DNA from: Microbacterium sp.
GTDB lineage: Bacteria > Actinomycetota > Actinomycetes > Actinomycetales > Microbacteriaceae
Assembly (NCBI GenBank): GCA_029239635.1
Contig: JARBUN010000013.1
Coordinates: 12,667-76,666 of the forward strand
Reading direction: 5' to 3'
Length of the DNA stretch: 64,000 nucleotides
Shown here piece after piece: positions 26,726 through 36,861 of this stretch. The position numbers and the translations under genes are program-made. The notes under the pieces are model-generated. The model saw only the letters and a program-made list of their open reading frames with translations, was not told the origin of the DNA and did no database searches. Position 1 is the stretch's first letter. Every line of letters begins with the position of its first letter.

Positions 26726-28360
26726 CTACTTTCCGGAGGCGCCGAGGTCAGCGGCCCAGGGGTAGTACAGGTAGACGAATGACGCCGGCACCCCGGTGAC
26801 CCGGTTGTTCAGGAAGAGTCGCACGGACGGATCGACGATGGGGATCCAGGGCAGGTCCGCGAGGGCGATGTCCTGGATCTCGTTCACGAGGGCGGCACGC
26901 TTGTCATCGTCCGCGGTGGCTGCGGCCTCGCTGAGCAACTCATCGACCTGAGGGTTGCTGTAGTCGTTGTAGTTCTGCGATCCCCCGGTCCCCATGATGG
27001 TGCGCAGGTAGGCCAGCGGGTCCGGGACGTCCATGTAGTTGTTGGTGACGAAAGCATCGCTGCCTTCTCGCGCCGCGGGGTCGGAGAAGAACGCCCCGAA
27101 CTGCGCGCTGGGGACGGCGGACGGCTCCACGGTCAGTCCGATGGCGCGCGCACCGTTGGATATCTCGGAGATGATGTCGGCGTAGTAGGTGCGCTCCGAG
27201 GGGTAGACGATCTTGATGGGCTGACTGACGTCGACGCTCGCGTCCTTCAGGGCTTCCTTCGCCCCCTCGATATCGACGGACGTGGGAGCGAGAGCCTCGC
27301 GACCGGACTGGAAGACCTCGGATCCATAGGCCCATCCGTCGGCCGGGATCAACGAGCGCGACGCCTGGGCCGTCCCCTCGAAGACCGTCTCGGCGATCGC
27401 GTCTCTGTCCGTGGCGAGCATGAGCGCCTTGCGGACAGCGGGATCGGCGAACGCACCGTGACCGGTGCTGATGATGGCGACCAACTGCAGCGAGCGGCCG
27501 AGGTCGAGAGTGCCCTGCGTCGAGCCCTGCAGAGTGCTGAGGGCGCCGAGCGGCACATCGTACGAGCCGTCGATGGCACCGGTGTTCAGAGCGTTGGCGA
27601 TGGCGGCAGAATCGACGATGAAGTTGATGTCGACCTGCGCCGTCTTGGCGGCCTTGTCGGCGTTCCAGTAGGAGTCATTGCGGGTGAGCGAGATGGACTG
27701 CCCCTCGTTCCACTGCCCCACCGAGTAGGGCCCCGTGCACATCACGCCGCCCGCCGGTGTTCCGAAGCTCGCTCCCGCCTTCTCGCGGAAGGCTTGCTCG
27801 ACGACGGTACCGATGGGGGTGACCATGTAGGAGTTGAAGGTCGCGTCGGGCGCGGTGAGCTTGACCGTGACTTCCGCGTCGCCCGTCTGCTCCACGGAGG
27901 CGATGTTGCCGACCACGTCTCCCGCCCAGTAACTGCCCTCTTCCGGGTCGAGGTGGCGCTTGAGGCTGTAGACGACGTCGGCGGCGGTCATCGGCTGCCC
28001 GTCCCAGAAGGTGACGTCCTGGCGCAGCGTGTACACGTACGTCGTCGCGTCGGGGGTGTCGACGCGCTCGGCCAAGTTGGGCTTGATGCTGTAATCGGGC
28101 TGGAGCTGCATCAGGCCTTCGCACAGATTGGCCACCACGGTGTTCTCGGGGTAGTTGAAGGCCTTGATCGGGTCGATCGAACTCGGTTCGCCGAAAGGAA
28201 GGTTCCACGTGGCGAGTTCGAGGTCGCCCGCGGCGGCCGGGGTCGTCACGAGCAGGTCGCTCGTCGAAAGCGTCGGAGCGGTGTTCGTCGCCTGGCCCGT
28301 ACAGCCGGCGAGCGCGAGCCCGGCAGCCACGAACATACCGAGTGCTGCTTTCTTCTTCAT
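26726..28360 (-). CDS. Dpp/Opp ABC transporter substrate-binding lipoprotein (SBP family 5)
   Basis: Lipobox LAGC, LRQDVTFWDG..MTAADVVYS, CTGPY. Confidence 0.93.
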   Translation of the reverse strand: MKKKAALGMFVAAGLALAGCTGQATNTAPTLSTSDLLVTTPAAAGDLELATWNLPFGEPSSIDPIKAFNYPENTVVANLCEGLMQLQPDYSIKPNLAERVDTPDATTYVYTLRQDVTFWDGQPMTAADVVYSLKRHLDPEEGSYWAGDVVGNIASVEQTGDAEVTVKLTAPDATFNSYMVTPIGTVVEQAFREKAGASFGTPAGGVMCTGPYSVGQWNEGQSISLTRNDSYWNADKAAKTAQVDINFIVDSAAIANALNTGAIDGSYDVPLGALSTLQGSTQGTLDLGRSLQLVAIISTGHGAFADPAVRKALMLATDRDAIAETVFEGTAQASRSLIPADGWAYGSEVFQSGREALAPTSVDIEGAKEALKDASVDVSQPIKIVYPSERTYYADIISEISNGARAIGLTVEPSAVPSAQFGAFFSDPAAREGSDAFVTNNYMDVPDPLAYLRTIMGTGGSQNYNDYSNPQVDELLSEAAATADDDKRAALVNEIQDIALADLPWIPIVDPSVRLFLNNRVTGVPASFVYLYYPWAADLGASGK

Positions 28361-28438
28361 TGAGGTCCCCTAGCGTTCGAATGCGGAGCGCCACCCGGAA
28401 CGGGCGTCGAGTGCGATACCCGAGGAACGCTACGCAAC

Positions 28439-28476
28439 CAAAACGTTTTGTTTGTTTCAGAATGAAAACGATTTGG
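28439..28476. promoter_or_regulatory. Two LacI-type operators
   Basis: Perfect palindrome CAAAACGTTTTG (28439-28450) and TGAAAACGATTTGG (28463-28476), between the divergent SBP and LacI genes. Confidence 0.75.
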
Positions 28477-28506
28477 GAGCCGCGTTCACGCGGGTATCCT
28501 GCTCTC

Positions 28507-29556
28507 GTGACGTCAGCAGAGGGGCGACGCCGTGTGACGATCCACGACGTCGCGCGGCGGGCCGGTGTGTCCATCACCACGGTCTCCCACGCGCTGAACG
28601 GCAAAGGAGTCGTCAAAGACAGCACCCGCCAGCACATTGTCGAGATCGCCGCGGAACTGGGTTACAGCGCGGATGCGATCGCCCGCAGTCTCCGCAGCAG
28701 CCGCCTCGGGGTACTGGGGTTGGTCATTCGCCCGCTCGACACCCTCGACTCCTACTCACCGGTCGGGGTCGACTACTTCGTGCGCTTCGCCGGCGCCGCG
28801 GCGGTGGAGGCGCTCGATCGAGGATTCGGTCTCATGCTCGTGCGCGACCCCACCACCCCCAATGTGCCGGGAGTGGCCATGGCCGTGGACGGATACATCA
28901 TCGCCGACCCGGTGGCCCTCGATCCGGTGATCGACCTGCTCAACCGCCACGCCATCCCCTTGGTCACGGTGGGGCGTGACATCGAACGTCCGTCTTTCAC
29001 CGACTGGGTGGGATCGACCTCGACAGCTGACACTCTGGCGGTGATCGCGCATCTCCGAGAGAGAGGCGCACGTCGGATCGCCCTGTTGACGGGCACCGAC
29101 GCGAATGCGTGGAATCGCGACAGCGAGCTCGCCTACCGCAACTGGGCATGCGAACACGGTCAAGAGCCTCTCGTATCGCACTGCGACGAGACGCTGGGCG
29201 AAGAGGGCGGACGCGCGTTCGCCCGCACGCTGGTGGACGCATCCGGGCCGCGAGCGGACGCGGTGTACTGCCTCACCGGGCGCCACGCGGCCGGGCTCGC
29301 GGCCGGCGTGCAGCACGCGGGATTCTCCGTTCCGCGAGACGTGATGATCGTCGCCGGTTCCGACAGCGAGCAGACGCGCCGAAGCACTCCCCCCATCACT
29401 TCGGTCGACCTCGCGCCGGAGGTCACCGCCCGGGCCGCCGTCGACTTCCTCATCAGCCGCCTCGACGGCAACTCCTCGAGACAGCCGCCGCTGATCGAAA
29501 GGGCTCTCCTCGTGCGCGGGTCGACCGCGCGCTCACCGAAGCCGTCCGCGAACTGA
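28507..29556 (+). CDS. LacI family transcriptional regulator
   Basis: VTIHDVARRAGVSITTVSHALNG HTH, VPRDVMIV, PPITSVD; start uncertain (28507 or 28534). Confidence 0.93.
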   Translation: MTSAEGRRRVTIHDVARRAGVSITTVSHALNGKGVVKDSTRQHIVEIAAELGYSADAIARSLRSSRLGVLGLVIRPLDTLDSYSPVGVDYFVRFAGAAAVEALDRGFGLMLVRDPTTPNVPGVAMAVDGYIIADPVALDPVIDLLNRHAIPLVTVGRDIERPSFTDWVGSTSTADTLAVIAHLRERGARRIALLTGTDANAWNRDSELAYRNWACEHGQEPLVSHCDETLGEEGGRAFARTLVDASGPRADAVYCLTGRHAAGLAAGVQHAGFSVPRDVMIVAGSDSEQTRRSTPPITSVDLAPEVTARAAVDFLISRLDGNSSRQPPLIERALLVRGSTARSPKPSAN

Positions 29557-29618
29557 CGAGAGCCCTCCGCCGGCCGGCACGGCCTTCCCCTGACGTCACG
29601 GGCAGAGCCGCGGCGACC

Positions 29619-31871
29619 TCAGACGGTCGTCCGACGCCTCCGCGCCACAAGCACGACGCCGAGGGCGAGCAGCACGCCCGCGAGAGGAAGAAGACCACCC
29701 CACTCCCCCGTGCCGCTCTGGGCGAGCGCGCTCGGGCGTTCCGACGTGGTCGGATTCGGGGATGCCGTCGGCTCCGGCGATCCGGTCGGGTCCGGTGACG
29801 CGGTCGGTTGCGGCGACACCGTCGGACGCGGCGCCGGGTCGTTCATCGCGGCGGTCATCGTCGCGAACCACTGCCACGGCGCGGAAGCGCCGCCCGGGAG
29901 GGCACTCGCGTACTCGTCGCCCCGGACCCCGCCGAAGCGTGGCTCGGCGGCGACGATGTCCTGGAGCGACCGGGCGAGTTCGTCCGGTGAGGTGAGTGCG
30001 CTTCCCGCGGGGCAGAGGCCGGGCGAGGTGGTAGCCGACAGGACCACCTTCTCCGGCGGCATCCCGAGCTGGGCGACCAGCCGGAGGTAATCGTCGCCGG
30101 TGGGGGCGGCATCGCAGGTGAGGCGGAGCGCGAACCACGCCACGTCCTCGCCGCGTGCCGCCGCGACCGCGGGATAGTCGGGAGCCGAGTCGTTCCCCCC
30201 AGCGAAAGCAGCCGCGTCTCCCACCAGAGAAACGGTGGTGAGCGGTCCGAGGTCGCGGCGCAGGGAGTCGAGCAGCCGGACGATCAGAGCCGCGTCGAGT
30301 CCGGTACGAATGTCGAGCTCGAGGGCGTCCAACTTGTTCGTCAGGAGATAGAAGCGAAGGTTCGCGTAGTAGCGGTCGAAGTCGTGGCTCAGCAGAGACC
30401 AGATCGACGCGGACTCCCCGCCGAGGGTCGCGAGGACGGGTATCCCGGCCGCACGCACCGTGGCGAGCTCCGCCCGCGCGTCCGGATCGGTGTCGGCGAA
30501 GAAGGGCTCACCGTTGCGCACGAAGCCCCCGTCCTCCCTCAGGTCGAAGGTGCCGAAGGCGACGGCATCCACTCCCGTGTCCCGGGTGACGAGATCGTCG
30601 AGCGAGACGACCCGCGAGCCGTCCTGCGTGGTCCGGTACAGGGCGATCGTCTTCTTCGCCGAGATGGGTCGCGGGGCGATCGATGAGGCGTCCAGCCGCA
30701 CGACGTCGACCTTCCCGCCCGAGTCGTTCACATGGACGGAGACGCCCGTGGCGGCATCGGTATAGGTGTCGCCGGCGCGGAGCGGAGCGTCGAGAAGTGT
30801 GGTCTCGTCGCGGACATCAGGATGCCGGCCGTCGGCGAACTCGACCTGGACCGGGCCGTCACCGGTGGTGCGCGACACGTCGACGGTGGAGACGAGGATA
30901 CCCTCGCGGGGGATGCCGACGTCCCATTTCTCGGCGCGCCGCGATTCGACGGTCAGGACGCGAGAGGCGCCGAGTCGCACCGCAGCGAGCAGGGTGGGGC
31001 CGTCGGACTGCACCGGCGAGAGCGATACGGTGCGCGTCTCGCCGGGCAGCACGCACGTCACCTGCGCGTCGCTCGCCCAGCCCAGCATCCATCGATGCCA
31101 GGCGAGATAGGCGTGCCCGGGACCGTTCGTCGAGGCCATCAGGTCCCACGGCCCGGTCCATCGCGTCGTCGGTTCGCCGTCGTTCGAGGTGTCGTACAGG
31201 TCGGGCAGGCCGAGGACGTGACCCATCTCGTGCGTCGGCACCCAGTGCCCGCCGCGGCTGAGGTCGAGCTGTCGCATCAGCGACCCGTGCGTGAGCGTGC
31301 GCCCGTCGGCTACCACCTGGTAGTCGTTGCCCGCGTGGGAACGGAACGCGTCGCGCGGGTTCGCGGTCATCCAGACGACCCAGACGACATCGACGTTCGA
31401 GAAGTCCACGACGTCGTCCGCCGCGGCAACGGCGATCGCGAGGTCTCGTTCGCTCTCCTCCCATTCCGCGGACGTCCCGGCCAGGCGCGTCCAGACGGGG
31501 TGGGACTGACGCTGAAGGGTCAGCGCGCCACGCGACGCCTCATCGAGCGCCTTCACCGAGACATCGAACGTCTCCTCGATTCCCGGGATCTCACGATCGT
31601 CCCCCGGCGCGTCGTCGAAGTCGACGTACAGCGTCTGGATCACGGGCGACCCCGACGTGGGGAGCGCGTTCGATGGGAGAGGGAACCCCTCGCGCACCGG
31701 GCTGTCTCCCGCCGGCGCCCGACAGGCCTCGATCTCCGACGTCGGCGAGAGGTCCACCGTCGATGCGGCTGCGGCGGTGCCGGCCGGAACGAGAGCCGTC
31801 GCCGCCACGGCGAGCGTTACAAGAACGGAAAAAAATCGAGAAGGGCGACGGGTCGCTCCCAGGGTCTTCAC
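29619..31871 (-). CDS. Secreted, sortase-anchored M6-like metalloprotease fused to a degenerate GH18 domain
   Basis: Signal peptide; HEMGHVLGLPDLY, WDLM, WHRWMLGW; GH18-like region with DALELDIR; P/T linker; LAQSG plus TM plus RRRR. Confidence 0.8.
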   Translation of the reverse strand: MKTLGATRRPSRFFSVLVTLAVAATALVPAGTAAAASTVDLSPTSEIEACRAPAGDSPVREGFPLPSNALPTSGSPVIQTLYVDFDDAPGDDREIPGIEETFDVSVKALDEASRGALTLQRQSHPVWTRLAGTSAEWEESERDLAIAVAAADDVVDFSNVDVVWVVWMTANPRDAFRSHAGNDYQVVADGRTLTHGSLMRQLDLSRGGHWVPTHEMGHVLGLPDLYDTSNDGEPTTRWTGPWDLMASTNGPGHAYLAWHRWMLGWASDAQVTCVLPGETRTVSLSPVQSDGPTLLAAVRLGASRVLTVESRRAEKWDVGIPREGILVSTVDVSRTTGDGPVQVEFADGRHPDVRDETTLLDAPLRAGDTYTDAATGVSVHVNDSGGKVDVVRLDASSIAPRPISAKKTIALYRTTQDGSRVVSLDDLVTRDTGVDAVAFGTFDLREDGGFVRNGEPFFADTDPDARAELATVRAAGIPVLATLGGESASIWSLLSHDFDRYYANLRFYLLTNKLDALELDIRTGLDAALIVRLLDSLRRDLGPLTTVSLVGDAAAFAGGNDSAPDYPAVAAARGEDVAWFALRLTCDAAPTGDDYLRLVAQLGMPPEKVVLSATTSPGLCPAGSALTSPDELARSLQDIVAAEPRFGGVRGDEYASALPGGASAPWQWFATMTAAMNDPAPRPTVSPQPTASPDPTGSPEPTASPNPTTSERPSALAQSGTGEWGGLLPLAGVLLALGVVLVARRRRTTV

Positions 31872-31944
31872 AGCCGAAGCTTATCGAGGCAGAAGAATGC
31901 ATTCCTCGGATCGCGAAATACGCGGATGCCCACGAGCCGCTGCC

Positions 31945-32229
31945 TCAGTTCCGCTCCCAGTCCCCCACCCACCAGTCGCTGATCGTGGCCAGTGTTTCTC
32001 CGACGGCGAGGTGCGCACGGGTCACGCGCCACGCGTCGAATGCGGCGCGGTCGACGAACGTCCCATCCTCGACGATCACCCGCCCTTTGCGCGTATCGAG
32101 CGACAGCGCGATATCCCACGAAAGGATGCCGGGACCCTCCCCCACCGCACGCAATTCCGCGATTGCCGCCGAAACGTCCGGGTCCGCGACATCGTCGCGG
32201 ACCCGGAACAGAACAACGTGGCGGAACAT
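31945..32229 (-). CDS. Dabb family (stress-responsive alpha/beta barrel) protein
   Basis: MFRHVVLFR N-terminus, 94 aa. Confidence 0.8.
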   Translation of the reverse strand: MFRHVVLFRVRDDVADPDVSAAIAELRAVGEGPGILSWDIALSLDTRKGRVIVEDGTFVDRAAFDAWRVTRAHLAVGETLATISDWWVGDWERN

Positions 32230-33213
32230 CTATTGGCGCAGCGCGCCGACGTGGTCGCGGTACCAGGCGACCGTGCGCTCCATGCCCTCTTCGAGCGAGA
32301 TCTTCGCGGTCCAGCCCGCCTCGGCGAGCTTCGAGACGTCGAGGAGCTTCTGGGGTGTGCCGTCGGGCTTGGAGGTGTCCCACTCGGTCTCACCCTCGAA
32401 CCCGGTGACGCGCGCGATCGTCTCGGCGATCTCGCGGATCGTCACGTCCGAGCCCGTGCCGACGTTGACCTGGTCGGGCCCGTCGTAGTGCTCGAGCAGG
32501 TGCAGGCAGGCGTCGGCCATGTCGTCGGCGTGCAGGAACTCACGCCGCGGCGTGCCCGTCCCCCAGTTGGTGACACTCGGCGCCCCCGCCTGCGCGGCCT
32601 CGTCGTAGCGACGGATCAGCGCGGGCAGCACGTGCGAGCCCTGCGGTGAGAAGTTGTCGTTCGGACCGTAGAGGTTGGTCGGCATCGCGCTGATCCACGG
32701 CAGTCCGTACTGACGACGAACCGCTTGGGTCTGCAGGATGCCGGCGATCTTGGCGATCGCGTACGCGTCGTTCGTCGGCTCGAGGTGGCCCGTGAGGAGC
32801 GAGTCCTCACGGATGGGCTGCTCGGCGAACTTCGGGTAGATGCACGACGATCCGAGGAACAGCACGCGCTCCACGTCGTTGGCGAGGGCTGCATCCAGAA
32901 CATTGACCTGGATACGCATGTTGTCGCTGAGGAAATCGACCGGGTACGTCGAATTCGCCAGGATGCCACCGACTTTCGCCGCAGCCAGCACGAGGTACTT
33001 CGGCTTGATCTCTCCGACGTAGGCGAAGACGGCGTCGCGGTCCTTCAGGTCGAGTTCGCGGGAGGTCTTTCCGACAACATTCTCAAACCCCGCGGATGCC
33101 AGCCTGCGCGAGATCGCCGAGCCGACGAGGCCGCGGTGGCCGGCGACGTAGAACGTCGCGTCGCGATCCAGCTCGTGCGGGGTGAAGCTCACGCCATCGA
33201 CAGCGGTAGTCAC
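32230..33213 (-). CDS. fcl: GDP-L-fucose synthase
   Basis: [49 protein letters not shown]. Confidence 0.96.
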   Translation of the reverse strand: MTTAVDGVSFTPHELDRDATFYVAGHRGLVGSAISRRLASAGFENVVGKTSRELDLKDRDAVFAYVGEIKPKYLVLAAAKVGGILANSTYPVDFLSDNMRIQVNVLDAALANDVERVLFLGSSCIYPKFAEQPIREDSLLTGHLEPTNDAYAIAKIAGILQTQAVRRQYGLPWISAMPTNLYGPNDNFSPQGSHVLPALIRRYDEAAQAGAPSVTNWGTGTPRREFLHADDMADACLHLLEHYDGPDQVNVGTGSDVTIREIAETIARVTGFEGETEWDTSKPDGTPQKLLDVSKLAEAGWTAKISLEEGMERTVAWYRDHVGALRQ

Positions 33214-34114
33214 GCACGCGCTCCGAGGAGCTCGGCGTTGCTCCACGCGCGAGCTGGCCCGCGCTCACCGAAGGCACCCAGCCGAGTTTATCGGCCGCCT
33301 TGCTGGGGTCGCCGATCAACGCATCGACCTCGGTGGGCCGGAGGTAGCGCTCATCGAATTTGACGAACTCCTGCCAGTCGAGCCCTACGTGCGCGAATGA
33401 CGTTTGGAGGAACTCGCGGATCGTGTATCCCACGCCGGTCGCGAGGACGAAGTCGTCCGGGGTATCGGCCTGCAGCATGCGCCACATCCCCTCGACGTAC
33501 TCGGCCGCGTATCCCCAGTCGCGGATCGAGTCGAGGTTGCCGAGGTAGAGATCCTTCTGCAGTCCGGCCTTGATGCGGGCAACCGCGCGCGTGATTTTCC
33601 GCGTGACGAAGGTCTCGCCGCGACGGGGAGATTCATGATTGAACAGGATGCCGTTCACCGCGAACATGTCGTACGCCTCGCGGTAGTTCTTGGTGATCCA
33701 GTAGCTGTAGAGCTTGGCGGCCGCGTACGGCGACCGCGGGTAGAACGGGGTCTCCTCGTTCTGTGGCGGCGGGGTCGCGCCGTACAGTTCCGACGTCGAT
33801 GCCTGGTAGTACTTCGTGTCGATGCCCAACGAGACGCGCACGTGCGACTGCGCGGCAAGGTTGTAGACCTCGTCGGGATTGATCTCCGACATCAGCGTCA
33901 CGAGTCGTGCCCCGTCGGAAAGGTCGCCGTAATGCAGGAAGAGCTTGGCGTTCGGGTCGTGCGGGTCGACGTAGAGGTGGTCGATGCGGCTGGTGTTGAA
34001 GGTCGAGGCGCGCCGGACAATGCCGTGCACCTCATATCCCTTCGCGAGGAGGAGTTCAGCGAGGTAGGAGCCGTCTTGACCGGTGATGCCGGTGATCAGG
34101 GCACGTTTTGTCAC
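33210..34114 (-). pseudogene. gmd: GDP-mannose 4,6-dehydratase with an internal in-frame deletion and a frameshifting 3' deletion
   Basis: [20 protein letters not shown] and NHESPRR present; AQSHVRVS joins directly to [11 protein letters not shown]; the original end ([11 protein letters not shown]) now lies in another frame and overlaps the fcl start. Confidence 0.8.
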
Positions 34115-34149
34115 GTTTTTCTGCCGTTCGGGAAGCGAGAAAGAGAGAG

Positions 34150-35403
34150 TCACACAGGAGTCTTCACGGCAGCCTCGGCGGTCAGATCCGCGAGCAGACT
34201 ATCGAATCGCTCGATAGCAAATGTTTCATTAAGCACGGTCTCTTTGTAACGTTTGCCGTTCTCGCCGAGCCGGAGGCATTCCTCGGGGTCCGCGGCGAGC
34301 GTGATCGCGCCGTCGAGAAGCGCCTCGGGGTCACCCGCTGGCACGATCATTCCGGCGTCCGCGTTGTGCACTTCCTGGGCCGTGATCCCCAGGGCATCGG
34401 TAGCAGCCAGGACCGGCCGGCCCGAGGTGAAGTACGACGTGAGTTTGCTCGGCACACACATTTCAGCAACGCCTGGCAGCTCGTTCACCAAAAGCACGTC
34501 CGCGGATTGCAGGATCGCCGCGAATGCGTCGTCGTCCAGGGGCGGCATGACTTCCGTCGTCGTCGGTTCCGCCTGGATGCGCTCGACCAGTTGTTCGCGT
34601 TGGGAGCCGTTGCCCACGAGAACGAAACGCACCCGCTCCCCCCGTTGATGGGCCAAACGACCCGCGTCCACGACATGGTGCAGGGCCTGTTTGGCCCCCA
34701 TATTTCCTGTATGCACCACTACCGTCTCGTCCTCGCCCCATCCATACGAGGCACGCACGGCTGCCACATCGACGGGAGGAAGAGGTGGCAGGTGTGTCCA
34801 GTTACGAATGACAGCAACGCGCTCGAGCGCCACACCGAAATCGCTGTGTACGCGGTCCGCAAAGCGATCGTGGATCACGACCACCATTGACGCCGAGCGC
34901 AGCAACCAGCGCTCCAGCCCGCGGATGACGCGTGCCGCCGCGCCGCCCCCCTGACCGATTTCTGTCATCCCAATGCCGTACAGATCCTGCACCCACACCA
35001 CGAAAGGCGTCTTACGGTGCGACAGCAACGAACGCGCGCGAACAAGCACTGATGCGATGAGGGCCGGCGACACCACGACGATGGCCGATGGGCGTCCCCA
35101 ACGGGTGAGGCTCTGTCGAACACCAAACGTCGCTTCGGATATTGCCCGCGGCACCGAAGAGGGGCTCTCCGGAACGTAATGACGCACGCGCAGAACGTCG
35201 ACGCCCGAGATCCGTTCGTTGCGTGACCACTGCCCGTAACCTGGCGTGACCTTCCACTGCGGATAATGAGGGTGCGCGACGACGGCACGGACTTTGTGCC
35301 CCTGCCGCGTCAGCCCCTCCGACATGGCTCCGGTGTACGGAGAAATTCCCGTAGTCTCCGGGGGATAGTTCAGCCCGAAGATGAGCGTTCGCGGAGGGTT
35401 CAC
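34150..35403 (-). CDS. Glycosyltransferase family 4 (WcaI-like)
   Basis: [39 protein letters not shown]. Confidence 0.9.
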   Translation of the reverse strand: MNPPRTLIFGLNYPPETTGISPYTGAMSEGLTRQGHKVRAVVAHPHYPQWKVTPGYGQWSRNERISGVDVLRVRHYVPESPSSVPRAISEATFGVRQSLTRWGRPSAIVVVSPALIASVLVRARSLLSHRKTPFVVWVQDLYGIGMTEIGQGGGAAARVIRGLERWLLRSASMVVVIHDRFADRVHSDFGVALERVAVIRNWTHLPPLPPVDVAAVRASYGWGEDETVVVHTGNMGAKQALHHVVDAGRLAHQRGERVRFVLVGNGSQREQLVERIQAEPTTTEVMPPLDDDAFAAILQSADVLLVNELPGVAEMCVPSKLTSYFTSGRPVLAATDALGITAQEVHNADAGMIVPAGDPEALLDGAITLAADPEECLRLGENGKRYKETVLNETFAIERFDSLLADLTAEAAVKTPV

Positions 35404-35458
35404 GGGTCTGAGAATACCTCCGCGACCGTTACGACACAGTTACAAGAGAGGGACCACC

Positions 35459-36025
35459 GTGAGCGACATTCCGGTGATCGATCTTTCGAAGGCACCCGGC
35501 GAGCGTGCGGCCTGGGATCGCCCGGGCTGGCAGGTTTATCTGTGGGCAGTTTTTGAGTTGATATTCATCACAAACCCTTGGCAAATCAGTTCGGGTCTTC
35601 GGATTCGTGTGCTGCGCTCATTCGGGGCCGACATCGGGCACGGTGTCGTCTTTCGACCGAGGACGCGCGTCAAATTTCCGTGGAAGTTGCACATCGGTGA
35701 CCGATCCTGGATCGGCGAGGGTGTCTGGTTCCACAACCAGGACCACGTCCACGTCGGGCACGACGTCGTCATTTCGCAGGAGACCTTCATCACGACGGGA
35801 AGTCACCGCCATCGGGTCGATATGGCCCTGGTCACCAGGCCTGTCGTGATCCGCGAGGGAGCATGGATTACAAGCAGGTGCATGGTCCTGGGGGGCACGA
35901 CAGTGGGACGATCCGCTCTCATTCAGCCGATGTCCGTCATCAGTGGCGACATCGGTGCCGCTGAAGTGTGGGGTGGAGTGCCTGCTCGCCACGTCGGAAC
36001 GCGATTCGAAGGGCTTCGTCAATGA
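35459..36025 (+). CDS. WcaF-like polysaccharide acetyltransferase (hexapeptide repeat)
   Basis: VLRSFGADIG, VKFPWKLHIGD, TTGSH, WGGVPAR. Confidence 0.9.
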   Translation: MSDIPVIDLSKAPGERAAWDRPGWQVYLWAVFELIFITNPWQISSGLRIRVLRSFGADIGHGVVFRPRTRVKFPWKLHIGDRSWIGEGVWFHNQDHVHVGHDVVISQETFITTGSHRHRVDMALVTRPVVIREGAWITSRCMVLGGTTVGRSALIQPMSVISGDIGAAEVWGGVPARHVGTRFEGLRQ

Positions 36026-36861
36026 GCTCGAAGATACCTATCACGGCACTGGTACAAACGAAGAACGAAGAGGTGGGCATCGCCGCGTGTCTCGCGGGCC
36101 TCTCGGACTTCGACGAAGTCATCGTCGTTGATTCGAACAGCACCGACAGAACGGTCCCCCTCGCCCAAGAACACGGTGCCCACGTCGTCAACTTCACATG
36201 GGACGGTAAGTACCCGAAGAAGAAGCAGTGGCAGCTCGAGCACGTTACGACGCGCCATCCTTGGGTCTTCTTCGTCGATGCGGACGAGGTCCCCAGTGAG
36301 CGCCTCAAGGCAGAGCTCGGAGACCTGGTTTCGCGTAAGGACGCGGCCGCAATCGACGTCGATCTGGACTACGTGTTCGCGGGGCGCATCCTCCGCCACG
36401 GTCACCGAGTGACGAAGCGATGTGTAGTCCACCGTGGCCGAGTGCGATTCCCTGAGATGGACGACCTGGGCGCTCCGGGAATGGGGGAGCTCGAAGGGCA
36501 CTACCAACCGCGAGCGAACGGAGTGGTGTTGAAGGCGCGGGGGCGGATTCTCCACAACGACTTAGACCCCGTGTCGAGTTGGTTCTCCCGGCACAATCGT
36601 TACTCCGACTGGGAAGCGCATCTCCGGTCGAACAGCGCGCTGCGCGCCGACATTGCGAAGAAGCGCACGAGAAAGGGACGGATCTTCGACGCCGTACCGT
36701 TCAAGCCTGCACTGTTCTTTCTTTACGCTTACGTGGCGCGGCTCGGTTTCCTCGATGGACGCGCAGGGTTCGACTATGCCGCTGCGCTTGCGATGTACTA
36801 CTGGCAGATCGGCGTTAAGTACCGCGAGCTTCAGCGCAACGCGTCAGCGGCCGCAGAATGA
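36022..36861 (+). CDS. Glycosyltransferase family 2
   Basis: TKNEE, VDSNSTDRT, VDADE, GFLDGRAG. Confidence 0.92.
   Translation: MSSKIPITALVQTKNEEVGIAACLAGLSDFDEVIVVDSNSTDRTVPLAQEHGAHVVNFTWDGKYPKKKQWQLEHVTTRHPWVFFVDADEVPSERLKAELGDLVSRKDAAAIDVDLDYVFAGRILRHGHRVTKRCVVHRGRVRFPEMDDLGAPGMGELEGHYQPRANGVVLKARGRILHNDLDPVSSWFSRHNRYSDWEAHLRSNSALRADIAKKRTRKGRIFDAVPFKPALFFLYAYVARLGFLDGRAGFDYAAALAMYYWQIGVKYRELQRNASAAAE

Noticed and set aside
4107-31900. Integrative element or prophage at tRNA-Arg
   Set aside because: Accessory genes follow the tRNA, but I see no integrase, transposase or duplicated tRNA 3' end (att site) in the window
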